64,000 bases of DNA from a virus. Lineage: Duplodnaviria; Caudoviricetes. Made by a program: the position numbers and the translations under genes. The DNA is taken from IMG/VR virus record IMGVR_UViG_3300029288_004596, positions 128,001-192,000 of that record, one strand, 5' to 3'. The number at the start of each line of letters is the position of its first letter. Within the stretch, counting starts at the first letter, position 1. The notes under the pieces were generated by a model. It had not been told where the DNA came from. It made no database searches and saw nothing but the letters and a program-made list of their open reading frames with translations. Shown here in pieces: positions 44,414-53,285 of this stretch.

Positions 44414-44862
44414 CAGATGAATGTTTGATAATGTTGGACTCCATGTTCGCCAAGGTTGAGATTCTCTCTTCTAGCGGAGACTACCTGAGAGCCTCCTCTA
44501 TGTGTGACTCTATAAAGAGACACATAAAGACTCTTCAGAACAGGGTCTCTTCAGTAGCTGGAGGAGCTGGAGCTATCATGGGCGGAGTGGCTGGAATAGC
44601 GGCTCCTGGCATAGGCAATGTGACTGGAGCTATTATAGGAGCTTCCCTCTTCCATTGGTTCTTTAAGTTTATCGTAGGAAGAGGATTGTATTATCCTAAC
44701 ACTATAGAGGAAGTGATAGATCTGGCTTCCTCTCTTCGACTGGAATGCGTGGCTCTCAGGGTAGAGAGCGAACACATGGCAAATGGGGATATTCCAACGA
44801 GAGCTCTTCCCAAGGTGGAAGCTCTAAAGAAATGGGATGCCCTGAAGAAAAAGCTTTTTTAG
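44410..44862 (+). CDS. Glycine-zipper membrane-associated protein
   Basis: GGAGAIMGGVAGIAAPGIGNVTGAIIGA. Confidence 0.55.
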   Translation: MTDECLIMLDSMFAKVEILSSSGDYLRASSMCDSIKRHIKTLQNRVSSVAGGAGAIMGGVAGIAAPGIGNVTGAIIGASLFHWFFKFIVGRGLYYPNTIEEVIDLASSLRLECVALRVESEHMANGDIPTRALPKVEALKKWDALKKKLF

Positions 44863-44870
44863 GAGACGAC

Positions 44871-45224
44871 ATGGAAATCACAGTAATGGGGTCTTTTAAC
44901 TCCCAGACAATCCCTGACACAAAAGACCCAGTAGTCCTCAGGGCTACCAATGAGGGAGTGCAAGTGATAGATACGGCTATATCTTCCAGGCTGGCCAGGA
45001 TAATTATTAAGTGGCTGGACGAGAAGAGAGAAGCTGGATCAACTGACTTATCAGAAGTTGACTCCTGTCCTGTCGGGGACTCTCTGGTCTTCAGGTTTAG
45101 GAGGGTGGCTGGTTATGTCTCTGGGTGGCTGGAGTCCCAGGATGGGGGCAATCCCAAGAGAGCCAAGTTTGATATACTGGCTATGCCTGTAGCAGGCATA
45201 CCGGAACTGCTGAAGCATATATGA
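44871..45224 (+). CDS. Hypothetical protein
   Basis: AGGAG RBS before ATG 44871. Confidence 0.55.
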   Translation: MEITVMGSFNSQTIPDTKDPVVLRATNEGVQVIDTAISSRLARIIIKWLDEKREAGSTDLSEVDSCPVGDSLVFRFRRVAGYVSGWLESQDGGNPKRAKFDILAMPVAGIPELLKHI

Positions 45225-45231
45225 TTGGAGG

Positions 45232-45261
45232 TTGCAAGTAACCTTATAGTAATGCTATAAT
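45232..45261 (+). promoter_or_regulatory. Sigma70-type promoter
   Basis: TTGCAA-18 nt-TATAAT with TGn extension, intergenic, upstream of ssb. Confidence 0.65.
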
Positions 45262-45275
45262 GGGCTTGTGAGAAT

Positions 45276-45674
45276 ATGAATAGCATAGTAGTGATAGGCA
45301 GGGTTACCAAAGAACCCGAATATAAAGCCACTGACAGGAGCGCCTTCTCCTCGTTTACAGTGGCTTCTCACAGAAGAGCTGGCGGAGAGGATGTCACAGA
45401 CTTCTTTGACGTCACCGCATTTGGAAAGAGCGGAGAGTTCGTCTCCAACTATGTGTCCAAGGGAGACCTTGTGTACGTGCAGGGAGAGATGAGACAAAGG
45501 ACTTACACCAATGCGGCTGGAGTTAAAGTCTACTCATGGGGCATAGGCACCAATGTGGTAGAGAAGCTCTCCTCCACCAGGAAACCAGATGAAGACGCTG
45601 AGACCCCAGATGAGGACTTGGCTGAAAGGATGAGCAACTTACTAGGTGACTCGGGAGCAGAGACTAGCCGTTGA
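45276..45674 (+). CDS. ssb: Single-stranded DNA-binding protein
   Basis: MN.IVVIGRVTKEPE...FTVA...TDFFDVTAFGK..E....Y..KGDLVYVQGEM. Confidence 0.92.
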   Translation: MNSIVVIGRVTKEPEYKATDRSAFSSFTVASHRRAGGEDVTDFFDVTAFGKSGEFVSNYVSKGDLVYVQGEMRQRTYTNAAGVKVYSWGIGTNVVEKLSSTRKPDEDAETPDEDLAERMSNLLGDSGAETSR

Positions 45675-46368
45675 ACGAGTTGCGACGGCCCGAGATGACA
45701 AGGAGAAACAAGAAGCTATTGAGAAAGCCGTCAAGGTGTTTGAGCCGCTCATATATCTTACCATAGAGAAGAAAGGCTCTTCCCTGCATGGAGATGACAT
45801 GGCTGATCTTGTGCAGAATGCCAGGATAGTCATATATGATGCGTTAACTAAGTTTGACCAGTCTAAGGGAGTGGAGTTTACCACCTACCTTATCAAATCC
45901 TTGAGGTCTTCCATATCCAGATCGGAGAAGAAGGCCTCTAAGAATCCCTCTGGTCAGGGGAAGAAGTGGGACATAGAAAATGCCACAGACAAATTCATAT
46001 CGGAGAAAGGGAGGTCCCCTGACAGGGCTGAACTCGCAGAGTTTATGGGTTTGTCTCAGGAGCAGTATGACTATGCTGAAGCTATGTCTAAGACTGTGTC
46101 CCATGCTGAGTTCTGCGAGGAGACATTCGCTTCTGATAGCGAAGATATTCTCTTTGAGTCAGACTTTATGGAAGTGTATTCTTCTCTTCCAGAGAAAGTC
46201 CAGACCATAATATCCATGCGAGCTCAGCAATATACATTCTCAGAGATAGGAGAGGCGATGGGACTTTCGGATTCCCAGGTGAGGAATCTGCTGGTCCGAT
46301 ATAGAGACGAGATCTCTAGACTCATGGTGGATAAAGGTTATGAAAAATGGGATTACGATAGTAAATGA
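45646..46368 (+). CDS. RNA polymerase sigma-70 family factor (SigF/FliA-like, regions 2-3-4)
   Basis: DLVQNA...KFDQSKGVEFTTY; GRSP.RAELAEFMG; TFSEIGEAMGLSDSQVR. Confidence 0.85.
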   Translation: MTREQRLAVERVATARDDKEKQEAIEKAVKVFEPLIYLTIEKKGSSLHGDDMADLVQNARIVIYDALTKFDQSKGVEFTTYLIKSLRSSISRSEKKASKNPSGQGKKWDIENATDKFISEKGRSPDRAELAEFMGLSQEQYDYAEAMSKTVSHAEFCEETFASDSEDILFESDFMEVYSSLPEKVQTIISMRAQQYTFSEIGEAMGLSDSQVRNLLVRYRDEISRLMVDKGYEKWDYDSK

Positions 46369-46840
46369 TGGGGTGGATGTCCAGGTTCCCAATGGGGGAA
46401 TTATCTACCTAGATAGCGGTGTTATGGTTATATATCACACAGGAGTGCCTGTAAGTGGCATCTCCGATGGGTGGTCAGGCGCTTGGATTACAACCAGAGA
46501 TTCTCTGCTAGATGTTCTCTCTGATACAGATTATGTTATTAATAAGACTTTCTGTGACATAGACTCGACAACCAGCTATCAGAATATAGTATCTCTTTTT
46601 GGGACATCCCTAAAACCAGGGGATGGCGAGAAGACTCTGGATATCCTGGTGGATTCGGCTCTGGTTCCTCCTGAAGATGTGGCGCAAGAGATTGCCACTC
46701 TCCTTGGGGTCTCTCCAGATGAAGTCTTTGAAGCTATAAAGTTTACTGAGTTTCCTGAGAGAGATGATATCTTGCATGACATCTTGGAACCAGTTATAGA
46801 GCTTTTGTCAAAGGGGGACGATGGCGATGAGGTGCTATAA
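46340..46840 (+). CDS. Acidic hypothetical protein
   Basis: Coupled ORF upstream of JAB gene. Confidence 0.55.
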   Translation: MKNGITIVNDGVDVQVPNGGIIYLDSGVMVIYHTGVPVSGISDGWSGAWITTRDSLLDVLSDTDYVINKTFCDIDSTTSYQNIVSLFGTSLKPGDGEKTLDILVDSALVPPEDVAQEIATLLGVSPDEVFEAIKFTEFPERDDILHDILEPVIELLSKGDDGDEVL

Positions 46841-47579
46841 TAACAAGACTCATAGATATGAGACTATAGACGATCTGACTGGGGCTGTGATTGATACAAA
46901 CCCTATTCCAGTTTCTAAGAAGGATAACAGGACTCCTATTGAGCTTACCTCCATGGACGCCAGACAACTGGTGCCCCATTCAGCTACGCCCAAGTATGAG
47001 TTCTCTCTAGATCCAGGCATTATAGTTTCCAGAGAAGTTTTGCAGAGACTGAGATTTTATATAGGTCTCACAGACACTGAAGTAGGCTGGTATGGACTGG
47101 TCAAGAGGAGAGGGTGGCACTTCTATCTTTATGATGTTTTCCTGCCAGAGCAGGATGTGCACTCCACAACCACTGAACTAACCACTCAGGGTCAGGCTCA
47201 GACTATGAATGACATCATAGCCAAGTATGGGCCTGATGGACCCAATGATCTAAAGTTGTGGGGTCATTCCCATGTCAAGATGGGCACCTCTCCTTCCGGC
47301 CAAGACCAGGATCAGATGGATCAGTTTGAGAAGAATGGAGCTCCCTGGTTTATAAGGCTCATAGCCAATAAGATGGGGAGAATGGAGTTCACTATCTTTG
47401 ACTACAAGCAGCACATAGTGATTTCCGACTGCCCATGGGTGATAGAGGAAACTAAGGACACTGAGTTTGAGAAGGCCATAGCTGAAGAGATGTCCGCTAA
47501 GGTGTTCTCCAAGTCCTATCAGACTTATAACTCTCAGGGTCAGGATTGGTATAAGGGTTATAAAAACTATGGACTTTAA
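46821..47579 (+). CDS. JAB/MPN+ (JAMM) metalloisopeptidase
   Basis: TEVGWYG catalytic Glu and exact HxH-x7-S-x2-D motif HSHVKMGTSPSGQD. Confidence 0.85.
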   Translation: MAMRCYNNKTHRYETIDDLTGAVIDTNPIPVSKKDNRTPIELTSMDARQLVPHSATPKYEFSLDPGIIVSREVLQRLRFYIGLTDTEVGWYGLVKRRGWHFYLYDVFLPEQDVHSTTTELTTQGQAQTMNDIIAKYGPDGPNDLKLWGHSHVKMGTSPSGQDQDQMDQFEKNGAPWFIRLIANKMGRMEFTIFDYKQHIVISDCPWVIEETKDTEFEKAIAEEMSAKVFSKSYQTYNSQGQDWYKGYKNYGL

Positions 47580-48240
47580 CAGGCAACTCTCAGTCCTTGA
47601 TCCGGGGAAAATATATTCTAAGAGAATCGACCTCATAGGAGTTGGGGCTACTGGTTCCTACATAGCCTGGCTCCTGTCTAAGATAGGAGCTGGGTGTCTC
47701 CACCTATGGGATGGGGATGAGGTCTCTGATGTGAATATCTGCAATCAGATGTTCAGGGAAGACCAGGTGGGAAGACCTAAGGTCCTGGCTGTGAGTGAGA
47801 TGATAAAGGCTGGCTCCGGCATCAAGGCCAATATGCACATGCAGATGATTGAAGGCAAGGAAGAGCTGGGGGAGATAGTGTTTCTCCTCACAGACTCCAT
47901 GTCTTCCAGACAGGCAATATGGGACTCTTGCATTAAAGGGTCTTGCTCCCTTATGATAGAGACAAGGATGGGAGCTGATGAGGGACGGGTCTATGCTGTA
48001 GATCCTAAAGACGAGAAACAGTGCGCATGGTGGGAAGCCACCCTGTGCAAGGACGAGGAGGCCCAGGTATCCGCCTGCGGAACTTCTATGTCCATAGCTC
48101 CCACTGCCGCCTTGGTAGCTTCTGTGGCAGTATGGCAGCTAATAAAGTATCTGAATGAAGACTACATAGAACATGGTCTGGTATTCACCACCAAAAATTT
48201 CAATATTTTCGAGCAGAAAGTAGGAGGACGACATGGTTAG
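47569..48240 (+). CDS. ThiF/E1-like adenylating enzyme
   Basis: RQ, IGVGATGS, DGDEV...N..NQ, G.PKV, TDS..SR, ETRMG, candidate catalytic Cys in SACG. Confidence 0.9.
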   Translation: MDFNRQLSVLDPGKIYSKRIDLIGVGATGSYIAWLLSKIGAGCLHLWDGDEVSDVNICNQMFREDQVGRPKVLAVSEMIKAGSGIKANMHMQMIEGKEELGEIVFLLTDSMSSRQAIWDSCIKGSCSLMIETRMGADEGRVYAVDPKDEKQCAWWEATLCKDEEAQVSACGTSMSIAPTAALVASVAVWQLIKYLNEDYIEHGLVFTTKNFNIFEQKVGGRHG

Positions 48241-48436
48241 AATTTATGTTCCTGGAGCGCCAGTGAGAGAGGTTGCTTGGCAGCCTGGCATGACAGTGGC
48301 GGAGGCTTGCTCCGCAGCTGGAATAGTCCCAACAAACTATGATGTGCAGTTGGCTGGTTTCCCAGCTCAGCTGGAAGACACCATAGAGACAGAGGACGAC
48401 GCTATCACCCTGGCCACCAGAATCAAAGGAAACTAG
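48233..48436 (+). CDS. Ubiquitin-like (beta-grasp) protein
   Basis: 67 aa, GMTVAEA...AGI...L.G.PA.LED.I...D.ITL, ends RIKGN; directly after E1. Confidence 0.8.
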   Translation: MVRIYVPGAPVREVAWQPGMTVAEACSAAGIVPTNYDVQLAGFPAQLEDTIETEDDAITLATRIKGN

Positions 48437-48466
48437 CAGTTAACAACTGCTACGCTAGGAGAATCT

Positions 48467-48769
48467 ATGGCTTATAGAATTAGACCTCTGGGGAATTATG
48501 TGGTTATCAAACTACATGAGGAAGCGGAGAAAACTACCGCGGGAGGGATAGTCCTTCCCGCGTCTACTATGCAGAGACCCTCTCTCGCTGAGGTTATGGA
48601 AGTGGGACCGGGTCTCGTGAACATCAATGGCAAGACAATCCCTGTCTGTGTAAGCCCTGGAGACAGCGTGCTCATAAACAGACACGCCCCTGTTGAATGG
48701 GAGCTTCCAGATGGAAGCAAGATTCACATAATACCAGAGGGAGACATAATTGCCATTATCTCAGAGTAG
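48467..48769 (+). CDS. groES: Co-chaperonin GroES
   Basis: IRPLGNYVVI...TAGGIVLP...AEV.EVGPG...V.PGD.V...DIIAII. Confidence 0.92.
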   Translation: MAYRIRPLGNYVVIKLHEEAEKTTAGGIVLPASTMQRPSLAEVMEVGPGLVNINGKTIPVCVSPGDSVLINRHAPVEWELPDGSKIHIIPEGDIIAIISE

Positions 48770-48777
48770 GAGATACT

Positions 48778-50199
48778 ATGGATTATTGTTTTGTGCATGA
48801 GCCTGATGAAGCTAGGCTCAAGGAACTTATGAGATTGTATGATGGCGCTCCCTACTCCCTCTCTGATGGACGGAGGGGGGCGCTCATACCTTGGGATAAG
48901 CTGGACACTTTGTTCCAGAGATTCCTGAATGTGAACTATGACAGTATAACTGAGTCCGGACACAATGGGATAGGTATGCTGGATACTCAGTTGAACTGGG
49001 GAGACAGAGACCCTGCGGCTGTGGCTAGAGTAGTTCAGAGCGAAGAGAAGTTCAGAGCCAAGTGGGGTTTTAGTCTTTCGGAGTGCCAGTCCCAAGCTTC
49101 TTCAGATTATATCAATAAGAAGATGGCCTCCAATCCTGTTATGCAGACTACCTCTAAGGTCGTATCCTGCAACGCTCCTTATGTAGCTTCCGACATGGCT
49201 TATCTTTCTGATGTCATTCAGGCTAAGGTCAACCTGCCAGTGTCAGTGTACTTTGGGAGTTCGCCTCAGAACTTCAGCGGGCTATCTGTCTACTGGAGTC
49301 CCTGCGAGCCTTTGGCTGGGAAGTTTGTGGCTGATGAGATACCAGCTCCTAACGCCAAGTATATATCAGGCACTAAGCCTATAAACGACGCGTCCGGGAA
49401 TCTGATAGCCTGCACCAACTCTTCCCTTATAAGGCTGTTCTTAGTGGCCAACAAGGGGATAGCATATAACCCTTCCATATATGACTACATAGCTGAGAAG
49501 TTTGCGGATATAGTCAAGGAAGAGTGTGGGTCTCTGGATTTGACCACCATCAAGGTTAGGGAACTGGCCAATAGAAGAGCTAAAGCCAGGCTTTCGTCTA
49601 TAGCCTCTGAACTGAAGTCTGAGAGATCCAGGATGGATACTCTTCAGAAAGACTTCATTGAGTCCTGCTCCAAGTACAATGAGAAGCTGGGAATTTACAC
49701 AGACCTCAACTCAGGCAGCACAGAGTATATAGACAACATAGTCAGGAAGGTGTCTTCCATAGCGGCTATTCCAGAAGTCGCTTCCTGGAGATTGGAAGGG
49801 GATAAGCTGGAGTTTTCCACCAAGATGCTTTACGCCTTTGACCCAAGGACTGCTCAGGTCAGGAAGATTGGGGAGATGTTTGTCTCTGTAAACACCTCTG
49901 ATGGTTTCATCAAGGTGACCAATATGTCTTGGACAGTCAGGGGATGCGAGAGCGGAATGCAGGCTCCTCATGTGTTCCCAGATGGAAGACCATGTCTTGG
50001 TCAGCTGGGAACTACCACAGGACCTATGATTGCGGCCATGGACTATGGTCCGTTGGTGTCTTCTATAATAACATATCTTCAGAGTGCCAATGTAGAGGAC
50101 TCGGCTGGCAAGTATGTCCATCGGTGGCCGCTGGCTAATGAGAAAGAAACTGAGGCTTTCAAGGAGAAGTATGCTCATCTATGCTCAATGAAGCCTTAA
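48778..50199 (+). CDS. Coiled-coil protein with C-terminal E2 (ubiquitin-conjugating)-like domain
   Basis: APHVFPDGRPCLG (HPN-like triad then Cys) followed by two helices; AGGAG RBS before ATG 48778; operon context. Confidence 0.7.
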   Translation: MDYCFVHEPDEARLKELMRLYDGAPYSLSDGRRGALIPWDKLDTLFQRFLNVNYDSITESGHNGIGMLDTQLNWGDRDPAAVARVVQSEEKFRAKWGFSLSECQSQASSDYINKKMASNPVMQTTSKVVSCNAPYVASDMAYLSDVIQAKVNLPVSVYFGSSPQNFSGLSVYWSPCEPLAGKFVADEIPAPNAKYISGTKPINDASGNLIACTNSSLIRLFLVANKGIAYNPSIYDYIAEKFADIVKEECGSLDLTTIKVRELANRRAKARLSSIASELKSERSRMDTLQKDFIESCSKYNEKLGIYTDLNSGSTEYIDNIVRKVSSIAAIPEVASWRLEGDKLEFSTKMLYAFDPRTAQVRKIGEMFVSVNTSDGFIKVTNMSWTVRGCESGMQAPHVFPDGRPCLGQLGTTTGPMIAAMDYGPLVSSIITYLQSANVEDSAGKYVHRWPLANEKETEAFKEKYAHLCSMKP

Positions 50200-50507
50200 A
50201 GTATGTGCCTTATGAGGAGGCCCTGGAATTCTCTGAGTCCTTGGGAGCTAGAGAACAGTTCGTGGACATGATGAAGTGTCTGGGGTCCCTCATAAGGGAT
50301 AAAGTCTTGGAGAGCGTTTATTTTTACCCGGCTAAAGGGTACCTGCTTGTTGATATATTCATGGATGACTTTACCCTGCGCCCCATACAGAGCTTCAGCA
50401 GGATGAGCACAGCTGTGCTGGATTACATACTCGCTCAGGGACGCCCAGACAACTTGAAGATATGCATGAGATTTATAAGTAATGGAAGGTTTTATGACTC
50501 GAGATGA
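50181..50507 (+). CDS. Hypothetical protein
   Basis: Coupled ORF. Confidence 0.5.
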   Translation: MLNEALKYVPYEEALEFSESLGAREQFVDMMKCLGSLIRDKVLESVYFYPAKGYLLVDIFMDDFTLRPIQSFSRMSTAVLDYILAQGRPDNLKICMRFISNGRFYDSR

Positions 50508-52917
50508 AGTGCTAGAACAAGCGATTGAGTATTTTAATGGGGATGAACTGGCTGCCCAGGTCTTCCTCAAGTATGCCCTGCAGGATTCGGAGACCTATTA
50601 TGAAGGGTCCCCAAGCGAAGCTCTGGATAGATATGCCAGAGAGATACACAGAATAGAATCCAGGTATCCCAATCCGTTATCCTATGACAGGATAAGACAT
50701 ATGCTGGACAGGTATGAGAGATACATACTTGGAGGTTCCCCCATGGCTGGGGTAGGGAACAACTATCTTGGGATGTCCTTATCCAACTGTGTAGTCAGCC
50801 CGTCTCCTAAGGATTCCATATCGGGGATCTTTGATGTAGGCAAGAAGCTAGCTATCTGGTTCTCCAGAAGGTGCGGGGTAGGGAGTAATATCTCCACACT
50901 GAGACCTGATGGATTCCCAGTCTCCAATGCGGCCAAGACCTCTACTGGGGCTTGGTCCTTTGTGGAACTGCTATCTAATATCTGCGGGAAGATAGGTCAG
51001 AACAATAGAAGAGGAGCCCTTTTAGTGGGCATGGAAGATTGGCATCCAGATATCCTAAAGTTTATAACCTGCAAGATAGATGTCACTAAGATAACCAATG
51101 CCAATATATCAGTCATGTTGTCTGACGCTTTCATGAAAGCTGTGGAGATGGACGGAACATGGGATCTTGTATGGGATGGGAAAGTGGTAGAGACTATTAA
51201 GGCCAGAGACATGTGGAACCTTATAGTGACCACAGCCACCAAGACTGCTGAGCCAGGTATACTTTTCTGGGACACTTATAAGAGGAGGAATCCTCTTAAT
51301 GAATATCCTGGATTTGAAATGATATGTACAAATCCTTGTTCCGAACTTGGATTGGGAAGTGGTGGAGCTTGCATGCTATCGTCTCTGAACCTTAAGGGCT
51401 TTGTCAGAGACCCTTATACTGAAGGCGCCACTTTTAACTATTCCATGTATGAGTCCTATGTCATGGACGCTGTGAGAATCATGGATGACCTTATAGATTT
51501 GGAACTAGAAGCTCTAGATAGGATTATAAAGTCTACCTCGGAAGACTCCAGAGATATCTTTGAGCTTATGGCTGATGTATTCAGGAAAGGCAGAAGAATA
51601 GGTCTTGGGATCACTGGTTTGGCTGATGCCTTGGTTGGGATTGGAGTCAAGTATGGTTCTGTAGAGTCTCTTGATGTGGTAGAGAATATAATAAGAACTC
51701 ATAGGGATGCGGCCTATAGGTCCAGCATTCAACTAGGTAGAGAAAGAGGAGTGTTCCCAGCGTTTGACTGGGATATAGAGAAGGATAATGAGTTCCTGAA
51801 ATCTCTCTCTCCGGACTTATATAATGACATCTCTTCCTGTGGAAGAAGACATGGAGCTTTGCTCACTATTCCTCCTGTAGGTTCAGGTTCTCAGTTAGGC
51901 AGGTGCTCTACTGGAATAGAACCTATATACAGAAGGTCTTATATAAGAAGGAAGAAGTCTACTCCTGGAGAAAGAATAGATAGCGTAGATTCTCAAGGGA
52001 TCAAGTGGACTAACTACATGGTCATTCACCCCTCCCTCCTTGAGTGCGCTTTAAAACATGGATACTCCAGAGAAGATGTGGAAGTTTATCTCTCTGGCAA
52101 GGGGAGTAACCCTGAACTAGAAAAACTGTTGAGCGCGTTTGTTTCCTCAGATGAGATAGACTGGATGGACAGAGTAAAAGTACAGTCTGTACTAACTCAG
52201 TATTTAGACCATGGTTGTTCCTCCACAATAAATCTTCCAGCTGGAACTTCTTCTGAAGTAGTAGGCAACATATACATGGAGTCCTACAAACAAGGACTTA
52301 AGGGAGTGACAGTGTATGTGGATGGATCCAGAGATGGGGTCCTGCTGAGCAAGGAGCCAGACAAGGATTGGTTCCACAGACCTAAGGAACTTTTCTGTGA
52401 TATTCACTGCGTGGAAGCTGTGGTGGATAAGGTAAAGAAAAGATTCGTGGTTATAGTAAGCTTCAAGTCAGGAATTCCCTTTGAGGTATTTGGAGGCGCT
52501 TATGATGACTCAGAAATCTCTGAGGAGTTTCCTCCATTTGTCAAAGGAAAGATTATCCCAGGAAAAGTAGTCAAGCATAAAAGAGAGTCTGGGAGCAGAT
52601 ATGAACTGCAGATAGAAGGGGATGGAGTAGTCCACTCATTAGGCAAAGAGTTCCATAGAGGAACCACCGCTGGGTGGAACAAACTTATCTCTCTTTCCCT
52701 GAGATCTCAGCCAGATAACTTGCCTCATGTGGTAGACCAGTTATCCTCAGACTCTGATGTGGCTGGCTATTCAAAGGCAGTTTCTAGAGTTCTTAAGAAG
52801 TATGTGGAGGATGGAGCTATCTCTGGAGGAAGATGCGAGAACTGTGGGCAGAAGACTTTAGTGTACGAAGCCGGGTGTTGCATCTGCACCTCCTGTTCTT
52901 ATAGCGGTTGCAGTTGA
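50482..52917 (+). CDS. nrdJ: Class II (adenosylcobalamin-dependent) ribonucleotide reductase
   Basis: LSNC, QNNRRGA, HPDI..FI, NANISV, AEPGILF, TNPCSE, RRIGLG, S.GIEP, SSTINLP, KGVTVY.DGSR; C-terminal Zn ribbon; no adjacent NrdB. Confidence 0.88.
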   Translation: MEGFMTRDEVLEQAIEYFNGDELAAQVFLKYALQDSETYYEGSPSEALDRYAREIHRIESRYPNPLSYDRIRHMLDRYERYILGGSPMAGVGNNYLGMSLSNCVVSPSPKDSISGIFDVGKKLAIWFSRRCGVGSNISTLRPDGFPVSNAAKTSTGAWSFVELLSNICGKIGQNNRRGALLVGMEDWHPDILKFITCKIDVTKITNANISVMLSDAFMKAVEMDGTWDLVWDGKVVETIKARDMWNLIVTTATKTAEPGILFWDTYKRRNPLNEYPGFEMICTNPCSELGLGSGGACMLSSLNLKGFVRDPYTEGATFNYSMYESYVMDAVRIMDDLIDLELEALDRIIKSTSEDSRDIFELMADVFRKGRRIGLGITGLADALVGIGVKYGSVESLDVVENIIRTHRDAAYRSSIQLGRERGVFPAFDWDIEKDNEFLKSLSPDLYNDISSCGRRHGALLTIPPVGSGSQLGRCSTGIEPIYRRSYIRRKKSTPGERIDSVDSQGIKWTNYMVIHPSLLECALKHGYSREDVEVYLSGKGSNPELEKLLSAFVSSDEIDWMDRVKVQSVLTQYLDHGCSSTINLPAGTSSEVVGNIYMESYKQGLKGVTVYVDGSRDGVLLSKEPDKDWFHRPKELFCDIHCVEAVVDKVKKRFVVIVSFKSGIPFEVFGGAYDDSEISEEFPPFVKGKIIPGKVVKHKRESGSRYELQIEGDGVVHSLGKEFHRGTTAGWNKLISLSLRSQPDNLPHVVDQLSSDSDVAGYSKAVSRVLKKYVEDGAISGGRCENCGQKTLVYEAGCCICTSCSYSGCS

Positions 52918-52926
52918 ACCCACCAC

Positions 52927-52960
52927 AGGGGAGTCCCTTTATGGGGCTCCTCTTTTTTTT
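52927..52960 (+). terminator. Rho-independent terminator
   Basis: GGGGAGTCCC-TTTAT-GGGGCTCCTC hairpin followed by T8. Confidence 0.85.
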
Positions 52961-52970
52961 GGAGTAGATC

Positions 52971-53285
52971 ATGGTCAATATGGTAGTTGTCTATGGGGTC
53001 ATAGGCGAGGAACCCACGGAAGTAATCAGCAGAAACAATGTGAGGATAGTGTCCTCCAAGCTGAGCATAGAAACCAAGGGGAAATTTCATTCCCTGGAGA
53101 TAAAGTGCTTTGGGGATACGGCCTCTTCTTTAGCTTGTCTTGTGGTAGGGACTCCTGTTATAATACAAGGGAGACTTGATGTTTCCGAGTGGGAGTACAT
53201 GGGCAAGCAGTACTCCAAGATAGCCCTTGTGACCACCGATATAACAGTGGTTGGAAGGGCCGCTGAAGATCCATGGGAGGTCTAG
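52971..53285 (+). CDS. Second, short SSB-like OB-fold protein
   Basis: N.VVVYG.IGEEP...IKCFG..A...G..VIIQGRL...W. Confidence 0.75.
   Translation: MVNMVVVYGVIGEEPTEVISRNNVRIVSSKLSIETKGKFHSLEIKCFGDTASSLACLVVGTPVIIQGRLDVSEWEYMGKQYSKIALVTTDITVVGRAAEDPWEV

Noticed and set aside
47569-48436. ThiF/ThiS or MoeB/MoaD cofactor biosynthesis
   Set aside because: No ThiG, MoaE, rhodanese or desulfurase nearby; JAB and E2-like neighbours favour conjugation
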